This document shows positions 9,375-18,602 of a stretch of DNA of 64,000 bases, piece after piece. The stretch's first letter is position 1. The number at the start of each line of letters is the position of its first letter. The translations under genes were made by a program, and so were the position numbers. The notes under the pieces are model-generated. The model searched no databases. It was not told the DNA's origin and saw only the letters and a program-made list of their open reading frames with translations. The stretch is from an uncultured Candidatus Sumerlaeota bacterium (GTDB lineage: Bacteria; Sumerlaeota; Sumerlaeia; SLMS01; JAHLLQ01). Where the stretch lies: contig CAZOKZ010000006.1 of the NCBI GenBank assembly GCA_964580585.1, forward strand, positions 45,492 through 109,491, written 5' to 3'.

Positions 9375-9586
9375 CGGAGTTCCGGATGCCGACTCTATTC
9401 ACGGCCATCGCATTAACAGTTTAGGAACAACGTCGATCAATTCTCAATCTGGTTTTTGAGTTGGGGAGATTTTTTTTGAACTTTTTAGTCAACAATCGTT
9501 GACAAACTGCGGCGCGGCTTCCTAAACTCTCCCTGGAGTCGTGAGAAACCGTTCTCGACGATTTTTCTCTCAACTGAAAATCCGCG

Positions 9587-12500
9587 ATGGACGACACCCC
9601 CGGCTCCTTGAAATACATCTTCTATCGAATGCAATCTACTCAGGTGACCCCCATGGCAGTCGAAGAACAAATTCTCGACGAAATCGAAGTCCGTCCCCCA
9701 AACGAACCCTCCGAGCCCGACTTTCTGTCGTTTCGGGCAATGGCAGCAGTCGTTTTTCAAAGCAACTTCACCGACAATGCTTTCCGGTTGGTGGCGTGGC
9801 TTTATCTCGGGGCTTACGCTGTCCATCATCAGGAATCCCAAGAGATTTATCGTACGTTGGTGGCCGTTTTTTACACGGCGCCGTGGGTGCTGCTTTCCCT
9901 GTTTGCCGGGCAATTGGCTGATCGGCTTTCCAAACGGAACATTGTGGTGGGGGTAAAGACAGCCGAGGTCGCCATCTTGCTTGTTGGAATGGCGGGAGCG
10001 GCGATCTGGGGATCGTGGCTGATGCCATTGATATTATTATCGTTACTGGCGTGTCGCTCGGCCATCTTTGGTCCAGCCACGTACGGGTTGATACCGGAGC
10101 TCATGCCGGAAAAGCGACTATCCTGGGCGAATGGCTGGATCGATGGGTTGACGTTTTTTGGCGCGATCCTTGGCACCTCGCTTGGCGGATTGGCGATGGA
10201 CGTCTTCGGTCAGAGCCTGCTGGCTCCCTTGGGTGTCCTGTTGTTGCTAAGTATATTGGGGGTGTATCTCAGTGCCGGGATCGATAAACTTCCCGCCGCC
10301 GAGCCCCATCGTCATGTGACGCTGTTTCCCATCAAAGAGGCTCGCGGCAACATCAAGGAAATCGCCGCTTCCCAGGGGATGACCTGGGCGACGATTGGTA
10401 TCGTTGTCTGGTGGGGGCTGGCGGCGCTGGCGCTCCAGGCCGCCATGAAAATGGCCGAGGACACGCTTCACCTCAACGGCTTCCGAACCAGTTGGTTCTT
10501 CATATATATCGGTTTGGGCGTTGGTTTGGGCAGCTATGTTGCCGGTCGCATTTCAGGTCAGAAAATCGAACTGGGTCTGGTGCCATTGGGCGCGTTATTG
10601 ATGGCGATCTCTGCCATTGCCGTTCACCAGGTACCCGGAGCTGAGCCACTGATGGCGATCACCATTACCGCAGTCGGTTTTTTCTCTGGCTGGTTTATCA
10701 TTCCTCTCAAAGCTTACATCCAGCACAACGCGCATCCCGATACGCGTGGCGGGATACTCGGGACGATCAATTTTTTCACGTACATTATGATCTGCATTTC
10801 GGGTGGCGCCGCTTATTACATCGAAGCCGAAGTTTTTCAATTCACCGCCCAGCAAATTTTCCTCTCTATCGGTCTTTTTACACTCTTTGTCGCTATCATC
10901 GCGATGATCATGTTACCGGGTGCGGGATTACGACTGATCCTGTTCTTGCTCACGCACTCGATTTACCGTGTGAAGGTTATCGGACGCGATAATATCCCGG
11001 ACAAAGGCGGCGCTCTCCTTGTTTGTAACCACATGAGCTATGTCGATGGGCTGTTGGTGATCGTTTCGCTCAATCGTTCTGTGCGTCCGATCATGTTCGA
11101 GGAAATTTACTTCCATCCGCTTGTCAAACCGTTTGCGAAACTGACGCGTGCGATACCGATTTCCGATCGCATGGGCCCGCGCGAGATGATCGCGCAACTC
11201 CAGAAAGCCAGCCAGGCGATTCAGGATGGTGATTTGGTGTGCATTTTCGCCGAAGGCCAAATCACGCGAACGGGTCAGTTGCTTCCGTTTCGCAAAGGCT
11301 TCGAGCGTATTATGAAAAACGTCGAGGCGCCGATCGTTCCGATGCACCTCGACCGCGTGCGCGGCAGCCTACTGAGTTTCAATAGCAATCGCTGGTTACA
11401 AAAAATGCCGAACCGGGTTCCTCAACCCGTAACCGTCAGCTTTGGTTCGCAACTGCCCGGTAATTCCGATGCGACGACCGTTCGCAAAGCGGTGCTGCTT
11501 TTGGCTTCCGACGCGTGGGAACATCGCAAAGCCGATGCGCCGATGCTCCATCATGAAGCATTCACCACCGCGCGACGTCATCCGCTTGCTATAGCAATGT
11601 ACGACCACAACACGCCGAAAGGCATTACGCGTGCCAAGTTTGTTGGCGGTATTGTGGCGATGGCCCGAGTTCTGCGCCGCGAATGGGAAGGCCAGAAGAT
11701 GGTGGGGATCTGTCTGCCGCCTTCGATTGCGGGCGCCGTGGTTAATCACGCGGCCTTGTTAGTCGGGAAAGTTCCGGTAAACCTCAATTACACTGCGTCG
11801 GCGGATGTACTCGCCAACGTTGGCGAACAATGCGAATTACAAACGACGATCACTTCGCGAGCATTCATGGAAAAGCTCCCGCTCGATTTGCCGGGACGTG
11901 TGATTTACCTCGAAGACATCAAACCGCGACTTTCGCTTGGGCTGCGTCTTTGGTCGTTATTCCAAGCGCTTTGCGTGCCGCTCAGTTATCTCGAACGTGA
12001 ACTGGGTGCACCGGCTCATCGCAGCGTGGACGATTTGGCGACGGTGATTTTTTCCAGCGGCAGCACGGGCATCCCCAAAGGGGTAATGCTTTCGCATTGG
12101 AATATCTATTCCAACATCGAATCCGTCGGTCAGGTCTTTTCGCTCGGTCATGATGACGCGATTTTAGGCGTGCTGCCTTTCTTCCATTCGTTTGGCACCA
12201 TGGCGACGTTGTTTCTGCCGCATGTGATTGGAATCCGCGTTTCGTACTTTCCCAATCCGCTCGATGCGCGAGCGGTAGGGGACCTTGTTTTCCGCCATCG
12301 AGTCACGTTCCTGTTGGGGACGCCGACGTTCTTATCGACATACACGCGACGCATCGATCCGCGCGAGTTCGGTTCGCTCCAAATCGTTCTTACGGGGGCG
12401 GAAAAACTGCGCGACAACGTGGCGTTGGCATTCGAGCGTCGCTTTGGAATTCGCCCTTTCGAGGCATATGGTTGCACCGAGTGCGCGCCCGGCGTGACGG

Positions 12501-13147
12501 TAAACACACACGATTTCCGTGCGCCGGGTTTCTTTCAATGCGGAACCAAGCCTGGAAAAATCGGTCATCCGTTGCCGGGTGTTACAATCCGCATTGTTGA
12601 TCCGGCTACGAACGAGGATTTGCCGGACGGTCGGGAAGGATTGATGCTCGTCAAGGGCCCCAATGTCATGCTGGGTTATCTGAATCGTCCCGACTTGACA
12701 GAAGAGGCCCTGCGCGACGGTTGGTACGTGACAGGCGACATCGCGAAAATCGACGAAGATGGGTTTGTGGAAATCACCGACCGCCTGGCGCGTTTCAGCA
12801 AAATTGGCGGTGAAATGGTTCCACATCTTAAAGTCGAAGAAGCGCTCAACCAGTCGCTGGGTCTCAGCGAAACCTGCTTTGCGGTGTGCGGCGTTCCCGA
12901 TGAGAAGAAAGGCGAAAAACTTGCGGTGCTTTACACTGTCAGCTCGGATGATGCACGCATCGCTTTTGACAAGGTCGCGAAAATGGGAACGATTCCTAAC
13001 CTGTGGATTCCCAAATTCAGCGATTTTCATCGCCTTGACGCGTTACCCTATTTGGGTACGGGCAAGATGGACTTGCGCCAGATCAAGAAACTAGCGATGG
13101 AATTCGATCAGCCCGATAATCAAGAGTCGGCGATCGAATCAAAGTGA
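9587..13147 (+). CDS. aas: LplT-Aas fusion: MFS lysophospholipid transporter + PlsC-type acyltransferase + acyl-ACP synthetase (AMP-binding)
   Basis: N-terminal ~400 aa is a 12-TM MFS. Middle domain has the HX4D acyltransferase motif (CNHMSYVDG). C-terminal domain has the AMP-binding signature IFSSGSTGIPKGVMLSHWNI and GEMVPHLKVEE. Exact start uncertain. Confidence 0.85.
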   Translation: MDDTPGSLKYIFYRMQSTQVTPMAVEEQILDEIEVRPPNEPSEPDFLSFRAMAAVVFQSNFTDNAFRLVAWLYLGAYAVHHQESQEIYRTLVAVFYTAPWVLLSLFAGQLADRLSKRNIVVGVKTAEVAILLVGMAGAAIWGSWLMPLILLSLLACRSAIFGPATYGLIPELMPEKRLSWANGWIDGLTFFGAILGTSLGGLAMDVFGQSLLAPLGVLLLLSILGVYLSAGIDKLPAAEPHRHVTLFPIKEARGNIKEIAASQGMTWATIGIVVWWGLAALALQAAMKMAEDTLHLNGFRTSWFFIYIGLGVGLGSYVAGRISGQKIELGLVPLGALLMAISAIAVHQVPGAEPLMAITITAVGFFSGWFIIPLKAYIQHNAHPDTRGGILGTINFFTYIMICISGGAAYYIEAEVFQFTAQQIFLSIGLFTLFVAIIAMIMLPGAGLRLILFLLTHSIYRVKVIGRDNIPDKGGALLVCNHMSYVDGLLVIVSLNRSVRPIMFEEIYFHPLVKPFAKLTRAIPISDRMGPREMIAQLQKASQAIQDGDLVCIFAEGQITRTGQLLPFRKGFERIMKNVEAPIVPMHLDRVRGSLLSFNSNRWLQKMPNRVPQPVTVSFGSQLPGNSDATTVRKAVLLLASDAWEHRKADAPMLHHEAFTTARRHPLAIAMYDHNTPKGITRAKFVGGIVAMARVLRREWEGQKMVGICLPPSIAGAVVNHAALLVGKVPVNLNYTASADVLANVGEQCELQTTITSRAFMEKLPLDLPGRVIYLEDIKPRLSLGLRLWSLFQALCVPLSYLERELGAPAHRSVDDLATVIFSSGSTGIPKGVMLSHWNIYSNIESVGQVFSLGHDDAILGVLPFFHSFGTMATLFLPHVIGIRVSYFPNPLDARAVGDLVFRHRVTFLLGTPTFLSTYTRRIDPREFGSLQIVLTGAEKLRDNVALAFERRFGIRPFEAYGCTECAPGVTVNTHDFRAPGFFQCGTKPGKIGHPLPGVTIRIVDPATNEDLPDGREGLMLVKGPNVMLGYLNRPDLTEEALRDGWYVTGDIAKIDEDGFVEITDRLARFSKIGGEMVPHLKVEEALNQSLGLSETCFAVCGVPDEKKGEKLAVLYTVSSDDARIAFDKVAKMGTIPNLWIPKFSDFHRLDALPYLGTGKMDLRQIKKLAMEFDQPDNQESAIESK

Positions 13148-13704
13148 GAAAGTCTCCGATGTCTGAAGAAACAGAATCCGGTTCCTCGCGGCGATACGCC
13201 GACAACCCGTTGGGAATGGTGGGAATGATTACGTCTGCGCTCGGCGCAGTAACGTTTGGCATCCTCAGCCCATTTGGGTTTATATTGTGTTTGGTGGCGT
13301 TGAGCAAAAAGCCGCGAATGCCAGCCTGCATCGGTTTGGGACTCAGCCTGTTGGGTATTCCGTCTTGCGGGGTGGGAGTGGCATTGGTTGTGCCACAGAT
13401 GCTGGCAGTCAAAGCAAAGCCCATGATTGAGGAATGCCAGTCGCAACAATGGATCATCGAAGGATCCTTAGAGACTTATATGTACCAAAACGAGATCGAT
13501 GATTACCAGAAAGCTTTGGATGCAATCGGGGGAACAGAGAACTGGAATGTCGCATTGAAAGATTATACGTATGCATCGCCTCATTGTCCGAAAGGTGGCA
13601 CATATTCACTTTTACCCGAGGAAGGACCGAATGGTGAACACGTTCAATGCAGCATTCCAGAACACGTTAATGCGATGGCAAATTATAATGATATCGAATG
13701 GTAG
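13144..13704 (+). CDS. membrane protein (DUF4190-like two-TM N-terminus, Cys-containing C-terminal domain)
   Basis: N-terminal NPLGMVGMITSALGAVTFGILSPFGFILCLVAL... with two TM helices. C-terminal HCPKGGTYSL...HVQCSIPEH. Confidence 0.45.
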   Translation: MRKSPMSEETESGSSRRYADNPLGMVGMITSALGAVTFGILSPFGFILCLVALSKKPRMPACIGLGLSLLGIPSCGVGVALVVPQMLAVKAKPMIEECQSQQWIIEGSLETYMYQNEIDDYQKALDAIGGTENWNVALKDYTYASPHCPKGGTYSLLPEEGPNGEHVQCSIPEHVNAMANYNDIEW

Positions 13705-14151
13705 TAATCTTGGTGTCTATTTCCAGAATTTGAATCGCCTAACGATATAAGAGTTTGGAGAAATGACGTTTAGTCAATTTCGCAATCGGGGAAAATGCAC
13801 ATCGGTAATGGAATGATTTTCTCCAAACCTTACATACCGATTATTCGAATTTTACACACAAGCGCAAAACTCTTTTGGCCATCATGTCGTTGTTAAAGCG
13901 AAAAAATATCCAATGAATTCAATATTTCTGTTTACTCGCGCCTCGGATATACCGATGGTTCCCAACGGAAAACGCGATCCGTTGGGCATCACGATATTAA
14001 GCCCACTCAGCAGCAGGTTTATAACTCCACCAGCCCGAATATCTTTGATGAAAATCAATTGCTACTAATTACAAGGCATCCGTGGAGCCTTTGGGGAAAC
14101 TCGCTAAACCAAACGAAATCCATTTCAACATTATCAGGAGCAACACTAAGA

Positions 14152-14631
14152 ATGATGGCTACATCACCTATCAGTCTGGGTAAAGTCGTACAAGTCGTAG
14201 AAATCGATGATCCATTTGTCGCCGCCTTTATAAAGGTAAAAGCCGGTAAAGACGCTTTGGTGGAAGAAAAACTTTCCAACGGACACCAGATTTGGTGCTT
14301 TGACTATAACAAAGTTCAAACCATTCAGGAAAACGATCTGACGATTAATATCTCGGAAGTCGAAGAACTGATTAAAGCCATGGGATTCGAGTTGGTTTCG
14401 GGCGAAGAATTAGCTGCTTTGCGTCAGCGCAAGGGCGGAGCGAAACGCGGTCCTGGTCGCCGTTCGCGTCGCACTCCCGAGGAAATGCGCATCGAAGCCG
14501 CCAAAGCCGACATCCGCAAAAAAGTCAAAGCGCGCTTGCACCTGCCGGAAAAAGGCCGCATGTCCGCCGAACAACAAGCCCGTTTCGACGTCGCCTTCGA
14601 AGAAGATTGCCGTCGCGCTGGCCTTGAATAA
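14152..14631 (+). CDS. hypothetical protein with basic C-terminal tail
   Basis: ATG ATG preceded by AGGAG. Lys/Arg-rich C-terminus. Followed by a strong terminator. Confidence 0.5.
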   Translation: MMATSPISLGKVVQVVEIDDPFVAAFIKVKAGKDALVEEKLSNGHQIWCFDYNKVQTIQENDLTINISEVEELIKAMGFELVSGEELAALRQRKGGAKRGPGRRSRRTPEEMRIEAAKADIRKKVKARLHLPEKGRMSAEQQARFDVAFEEDCRRAGLE

Positions 14632-14656
14632 TTCAATATCGTTTCGGAAAACGAAA

Positions 14657-14686
14657 TCCCCCGGCACACGCCGGGGGATTTTATTT
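14657..14686 (+). terminator. rho-independent terminator
   Basis: tcccccggc-acac-gccggggga hairpin followed by TTTTATTT. Confidence 0.6.
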
Positions 14687-14695
14687 GCAATTAGA

Positions 14696-14772
14696 TGGTG
14701 GGTGATACTGGACTCGAACCAGTGACCTCTGCGATGTGAACGCAGCGCTCTAACCAGCTGAGCTAATCACCC
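14696..14772 (-). tRNA. tRNA-Val (anticodon CAC), CCA encoded
   Basis: Reverse complement GGGTGATTAGCTCAGCTGGTTAGAGCGCTGCGTTCACATCGCAGAGGTCACTGGTTCGAGTCCAGTATCACCCACCA folds as a cloverleaf with CAC in the anticodon loop. Confidence 0.85.
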
Positions 14773-14856
14773 ACACAAACGAGGGAGGGCTATATCCCTA
14801 ATCTCGGGCCCGGCGGGCAAGGGTAAAATGCCTTCCCCACGCTAAAAAAGCACGGC

Positions 14857-15327
14857 TTATTGGCAAATCGGATTTTCTTCGCAATTACGCATCATCCAAC
14901 GCTCGGGATATTTCAGGGACTCAAAACCATATTGCTTGTAAAGCCCATGGGCGTCGCGTGTGCCCAGTACCAGGCGTTTAATACCTGTGAGACGTGGGTG
15001 GGCGATGATTGTTTCCATCAGCCACTTTCCCAGTCCATGCCCCCGATGACGCTCGTCCACATACACGTCGCAAACCCAGGCAAACGTGGCGTAATCGGTA
15101 ACCACGCGCGCGAAAGCGACCTGCTCGGTATCCGTGTAAATCCCAAGAACGAGCGAATTTTCAATCGATTGCTCGATGATCTCGCGTGAACGCCCTTGAG
15201 CCCAATAGGATTCGATGCTCAGAAAACGATGTATCGTTTCCCGGTCCACGCGCGCGGGGTCGTCGCTCATCGTGTAAGGCAGGCGATGCAGTTCCATCAG
15301 ATTGCTCCCATGCGAATGCATTTTCAT
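14857..15327 (-). CDS. GNAT family N-acetyltransferase
   Basis: Acetyl-CoA-binding motif VDERHRGHGLGKWLM. Confidence 0.7.
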   Translation of the reverse strand: MKMHSHGSNLMELHRLPYTMSDDPARVDRETIHRFLSIESYWAQGRSREIIEQSIENSLVLGIYTDTEQVAFARVVTDYATFAWVCDVYVDERHRGHGLGKWLMETIIAHPRLTGIKRLVLGTRDAHGLYKQYGFESLKYPERWMMRNCEENPICQ

Positions 15328-15450
15328 TCCCGCCTCAGTATTTCGAGGACAAGCGCAATGTCGTTGTGCGCGTTGAAACCGAACGGGGATAAGCAGGATG
15401 GGCAGGATTTTATTCTATCCGATTCATCCTGCCCATCGATGTTCTTGTCT

Positions 15451-16137
15451 CTACGGTTGAAGGGTTTTTGCCAGGAACTTGGTTGAGCGGCGGGCATAGT
15501 CCTCGGGTTTCGCGATTGCGGCGTTCAGCCACTCGATAACGGCGGCATATCCGAGGCTTTCCGGATCGTTGCGCAGGTAACCGTGTACCACTCGAATGAC
15601 CTCGAACCCGTGGCGGAGTTGAAACGTCAACGTCGGGTCTTTGATTTTGCCATGAATGATGGCCAGCACGTATTCTTCGGCGGTCATGTGGTCGGCATAG
15701 CGATGATAACCGCGCAACCGGGCGCCCGCGCGAATGCGCAACAATCCGCGGCTTGTGGCCAACTCGCGTCGTGCAGCGTAAATTTTCGATCCAATGCCGC
15801 GCCGTTGCCTGTGGGGATCGACCATAACCTCGGCGCCATAAAGTGTGCGTCCAAATTCCGGGTCGTGGTTGGTAAACATACCGTGATCGGTAAATTCACG
15901 CCAATTATCGTCGCCTTCGTAATCGTCCCAGCAAACGATCAGGCTGGCGGCCATGCCGACAACCCGGCCGGTTTCTGGGGCGACCGCGACGAATTGGCCT
16001 TCGGGAAAAATCTCCAGGTGCGAGGCCAATTGGGCCTCGTTCCATGGGATCGATTCGGGATAAACCTTTCTACAGAGTTCCGTTATTTGATTAAAATCCG
16101 ATCTTCGGGTATTCCGTACTTCTATTCGGGGGAGCAT
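15451..16137 (-). CDS. GNAT family N-acetyltransferase
   Basis: VDPHRQRRGIGSKIYAARREL motif. Immediately downstream of the CN-hydrolase gene (8 bp gap). Confidence 0.7.
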   Translation of the reverse strand: MLPRIEVRNTRRSDFNQITELCRKVYPESIPWNEAQLASHLEIFPEGQFVAVAPETGRVVGMAASLIVCWDDYEGDDNWREFTDHGMFTNHDPEFGRTLYGAEVMVDPHRQRRGIGSKIYAARRELATSRGLLRIRAGARLRGYHRYADHMTAEEYVLAIIHGKIKDPTLTFQLRHGFEVIRVVHGYLRNDPESLGYAAVIEWLNAAIAKPEDYARRSTKFLAKTLQP

Positions 16138-16144
16138 AAACCAC

Positions 16145-17026
16145 CTAAATCACCACTTCTTCCGGGTCGCGAATAATTTCGCCGGTCCTTTGGCTGTCAA
16201 GGAGGGGAAGGACCGATCCGAATGTGCGCGACTCCGCGATTGTCTTAAGGTTGAGTTCGCCAATGACCATGGTTTCCTGATTGGGGATTCCCTCGGCCAA
16301 AATCCCGTCTCGCGAGAAGGGAAAATCGCTCGGCGTCAGGATCGACGCCTGGCCGTAATTCAGCGAGACGGCAGGAACCATCGGCAACGAACCGACGGTG
16401 CAGGAATGGATGACGTACATTTGGTTTTCAATCGCGCGGGCATGAGCACAGTAGCGCACACGCAGGTATCCCTGGCGGTCGTCCGTACAACTGGGCACCA
16501 CCAGGATATGCACGCCATGGCGAGCTGCCGTTCGCGCGATTTCGGGAAATTCGACATCATAGCAGATATTGATCGCAATTTTCCCGAACGAGGTCTCGAA
16601 AATTTTCAGTTTCGGGCGCGGAGTCACAAACCACTCTTCGCGTTCCCATCTTGTCATGTGCATCTTTCCCTGAACGGCAAATTCACCTTTCGGAGAAAAG
16701 AGGTACGAATCGTTGTACACCACGTCCGAATCGGGATCGTCCATCGTGGGCATGGTTCCAGCCACAATATAAACACTATATTTTTTTGCCAGGCGCGAGA
16801 ATAATTCGACGATACGGTCGCGTTGCCGGGCCAGATCGCGCACCTGCCGGTCGATGGCGCGTTTATGGTCGGCCAGCGTCAGCAGTTGACAGGAAAAATA
16901 TTCCGGGAAAACCAACAGGCGACACTTATAGTCCTTGGCCGTTTCAACCAAACCTTCCACCTGTTCCTGGAACTCCTCCCAACGCGAAGCCGGGCGGATA
17001 TAGTATTGCATACTGCAAACGCGCAT
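16145..17026 (-). CDS. carbon-nitrogen hydrolase (nitrilase/amidase superfamily)
   Basis: Start at MRVCSMQYYIR. Catalytic triad context: E in LLVFPEYF, K in YSPKGEF..GKMHM, C in INICYDVEFPE. Confidence 0.75.
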   Translation of the reverse strand: MRVCSMQYYIRPASRWEEFQEQVEGLVETAKDYKCRLLVFPEYFSCQLLTLADHKRAIDRQVRDLARQRDRIVELFSRLAKKYSVYIVAGTMPTMDDPDSDVVYNDSYLFSPKGEFAVQGKMHMTRWEREEWFVTPRPKLKIFETSFGKIAINICYDVEFPEIARTAARHGVHILVVPSCTDDRQGYLRVRYCAHARAIENQMYVIHSCTVGSLPMVPAVSLNYGQASILTPSDFPFSRDGILAEGIPNQETMVIGELNLKTIAESRTFGSVLPLLDSQRTGEIIRDPEEVVI

Positions 17027-17206
17027 GCGTTCGCCGATATTGCTCAACGAAGGAGGGGACGAATTTGCCAACAGATCGTACTCCAGGTTGGGATATCGCA
17101 GCGACAACGCACTGCTCATACCCCTTTATGATGGGCGCGAAGGGTTGATTTGTAAAGGAAGAATCCGGGCAAATTGTGGAAAATCAATGTTTCGTGTAAG
17201 AAGCGC

Positions 17207-18385
17207 TTATTGCTCGGTCCAACGACCCGGCCATCCCCGCACATCCATGTGCACATACGGTGTGCCGATATGGTTGGGGCCTTCGAATGAAGCGCACACC
17301 CCAATCCCGCCCAGCAGACCCGCGTTTTGCATCGCCTGCTCGACGCGATCGGCCAGCCACTCCGAGTCGGCCATGTCGATCTTGCCGTCCAGGTTCAAGT
17401 CGTCCATGCGGAAGTCGTTGTTTTTATCGACGATGATGCTCAGCGCATCACCATATTGGTAGCGCGTGAACTCGGCCAGCGTCACCCCGAGGCGTTCGAG
17501 ACGGTTGCGTTCGTTGGGCGAGACAAACCCGCGCAAAACGCGCAACGACGAGGCGTCTTGTCCTTCCTCGCGCATGGTCTGGCAGAGCGATTCGAAAACT
17601 TCGACGATTTTGGGGTTCAAGGCGATGAATCGCGGACCGCTGGATTCCAGCACTTCCGGATTCAACATGCCGAGCGATGTATGCGGGCTCAGATTCAACG
17701 AACTGGTTGCCTCGTCCAGGCGATAAAAACCCGCCGGGGGAGCATAGGCTTCTGGATTGCGCTGCACGGGTCCAGGTGCCGTGGAAGAAAACTCGTTCGG
17801 ATAAATTCCGATCACTGATCCTTCGATCGTGCCGTCGCCTTCGCGGTCAAACCGGACGGCGGGCAAAATGCGCACCGTTGCGGTAAGCTCGGAATCGGCA
17901 ACAGGCGGAGTATCCGATTGTGGATCGTTTTGACGATGCAGGGTGCGCTGATTGGAGGTTTCAACATTCACCGACAACGTGGAAAGCTGTCCATTTTGAT
18001 TCGGCAGGTAGAGAATTTCGCCCGGTGTCCCGAGTGAAATCCCTCCCGTGTCCGCCCACCATGTGTAAGTTGTCTGAATCGATTGTGTGGCGACCGGACC
18101 GTTTCCGTCGGAACCCGAGACGAAATTCCCGGGAGCCGTTTTTTCCGTCGCGGAAGCGGCGTGATCGACACGAACCTTTATCGAACCGACGTCTGGAGTC
18201 AGGTAAACTCCGACATTTTCGGCCAAGGGCTGGTCATTTAGGAACACCTGCGCCGCGGATTGTGCCGACGCGGCACCGCAAAATACCGACAAGCCGACGC
18301 AAAATGAGGCAAAAAGTGGGGGAAAAGTGCGTAAAGCAAAGGTTTGGTTGCCAAACGGCATGGGATTGAAGCAGACTTTGGACAT
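17207..18385 (-). CDS. secreted peptidase M15-like (DUF882) protein
   Basis: Signal peptide. C-terminal ...GGIGVCASFEGPNHIGTPYVHMDVRGWPGRW resembles the DUF882/peptidase M15A zinc site. Confidence 0.55.
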   Translation of the reverse strand: MSKVCFNPMPFGNQTFALRTFPPLFASFCVGLSVFCGAASAQSAAQVFLNDQPLAENVGVYLTPDVGSIKVRVDHAASATEKTAPGNFVSGSDGNGPVATQSIQTTYTWWADTGGISLGTPGEILYLPNQNGQLSTLSVNVETSNQRTLHRQNDPQSDTPPVADSELTATVRILPAVRFDREGDGTIEGSVIGIYPNEFSSTAPGPVQRNPEAYAPPAGFYRLDEATSSLNLSPHTSLGMLNPEVLESSGPRFIALNPKIVEVFESLCQTMREEGQDASSLRVLRGFVSPNERNRLERLGVTLAEFTRYQYGDALSIIVDKNNDFRMDDLNLDGKIDMADSEWLADRVEQAMQNAGLLGGIGVCASFEGPNHIGTPYVHMDVRGWPGRWTEQ

Positions 18386-18602
18386 GAGCGTTTATTTTCG
18401 CTGGAATGTGGATTTCATCGTTATGAGAGTTTGACACCGCGCTCGAAAATATTTTGGAATCGCCTAAACGCGGAAAACCATTGCGGCAGTTTCAATAAAG
18501 AGTTCTTTTTTAACCTTTCGTGGTCAAAGCGAAAACTGTGCATGGGTAAAAATCCCTGAATACTGTGGCGAGACGATCCAACTGAGGGTATCTATCAACG
18601 GA

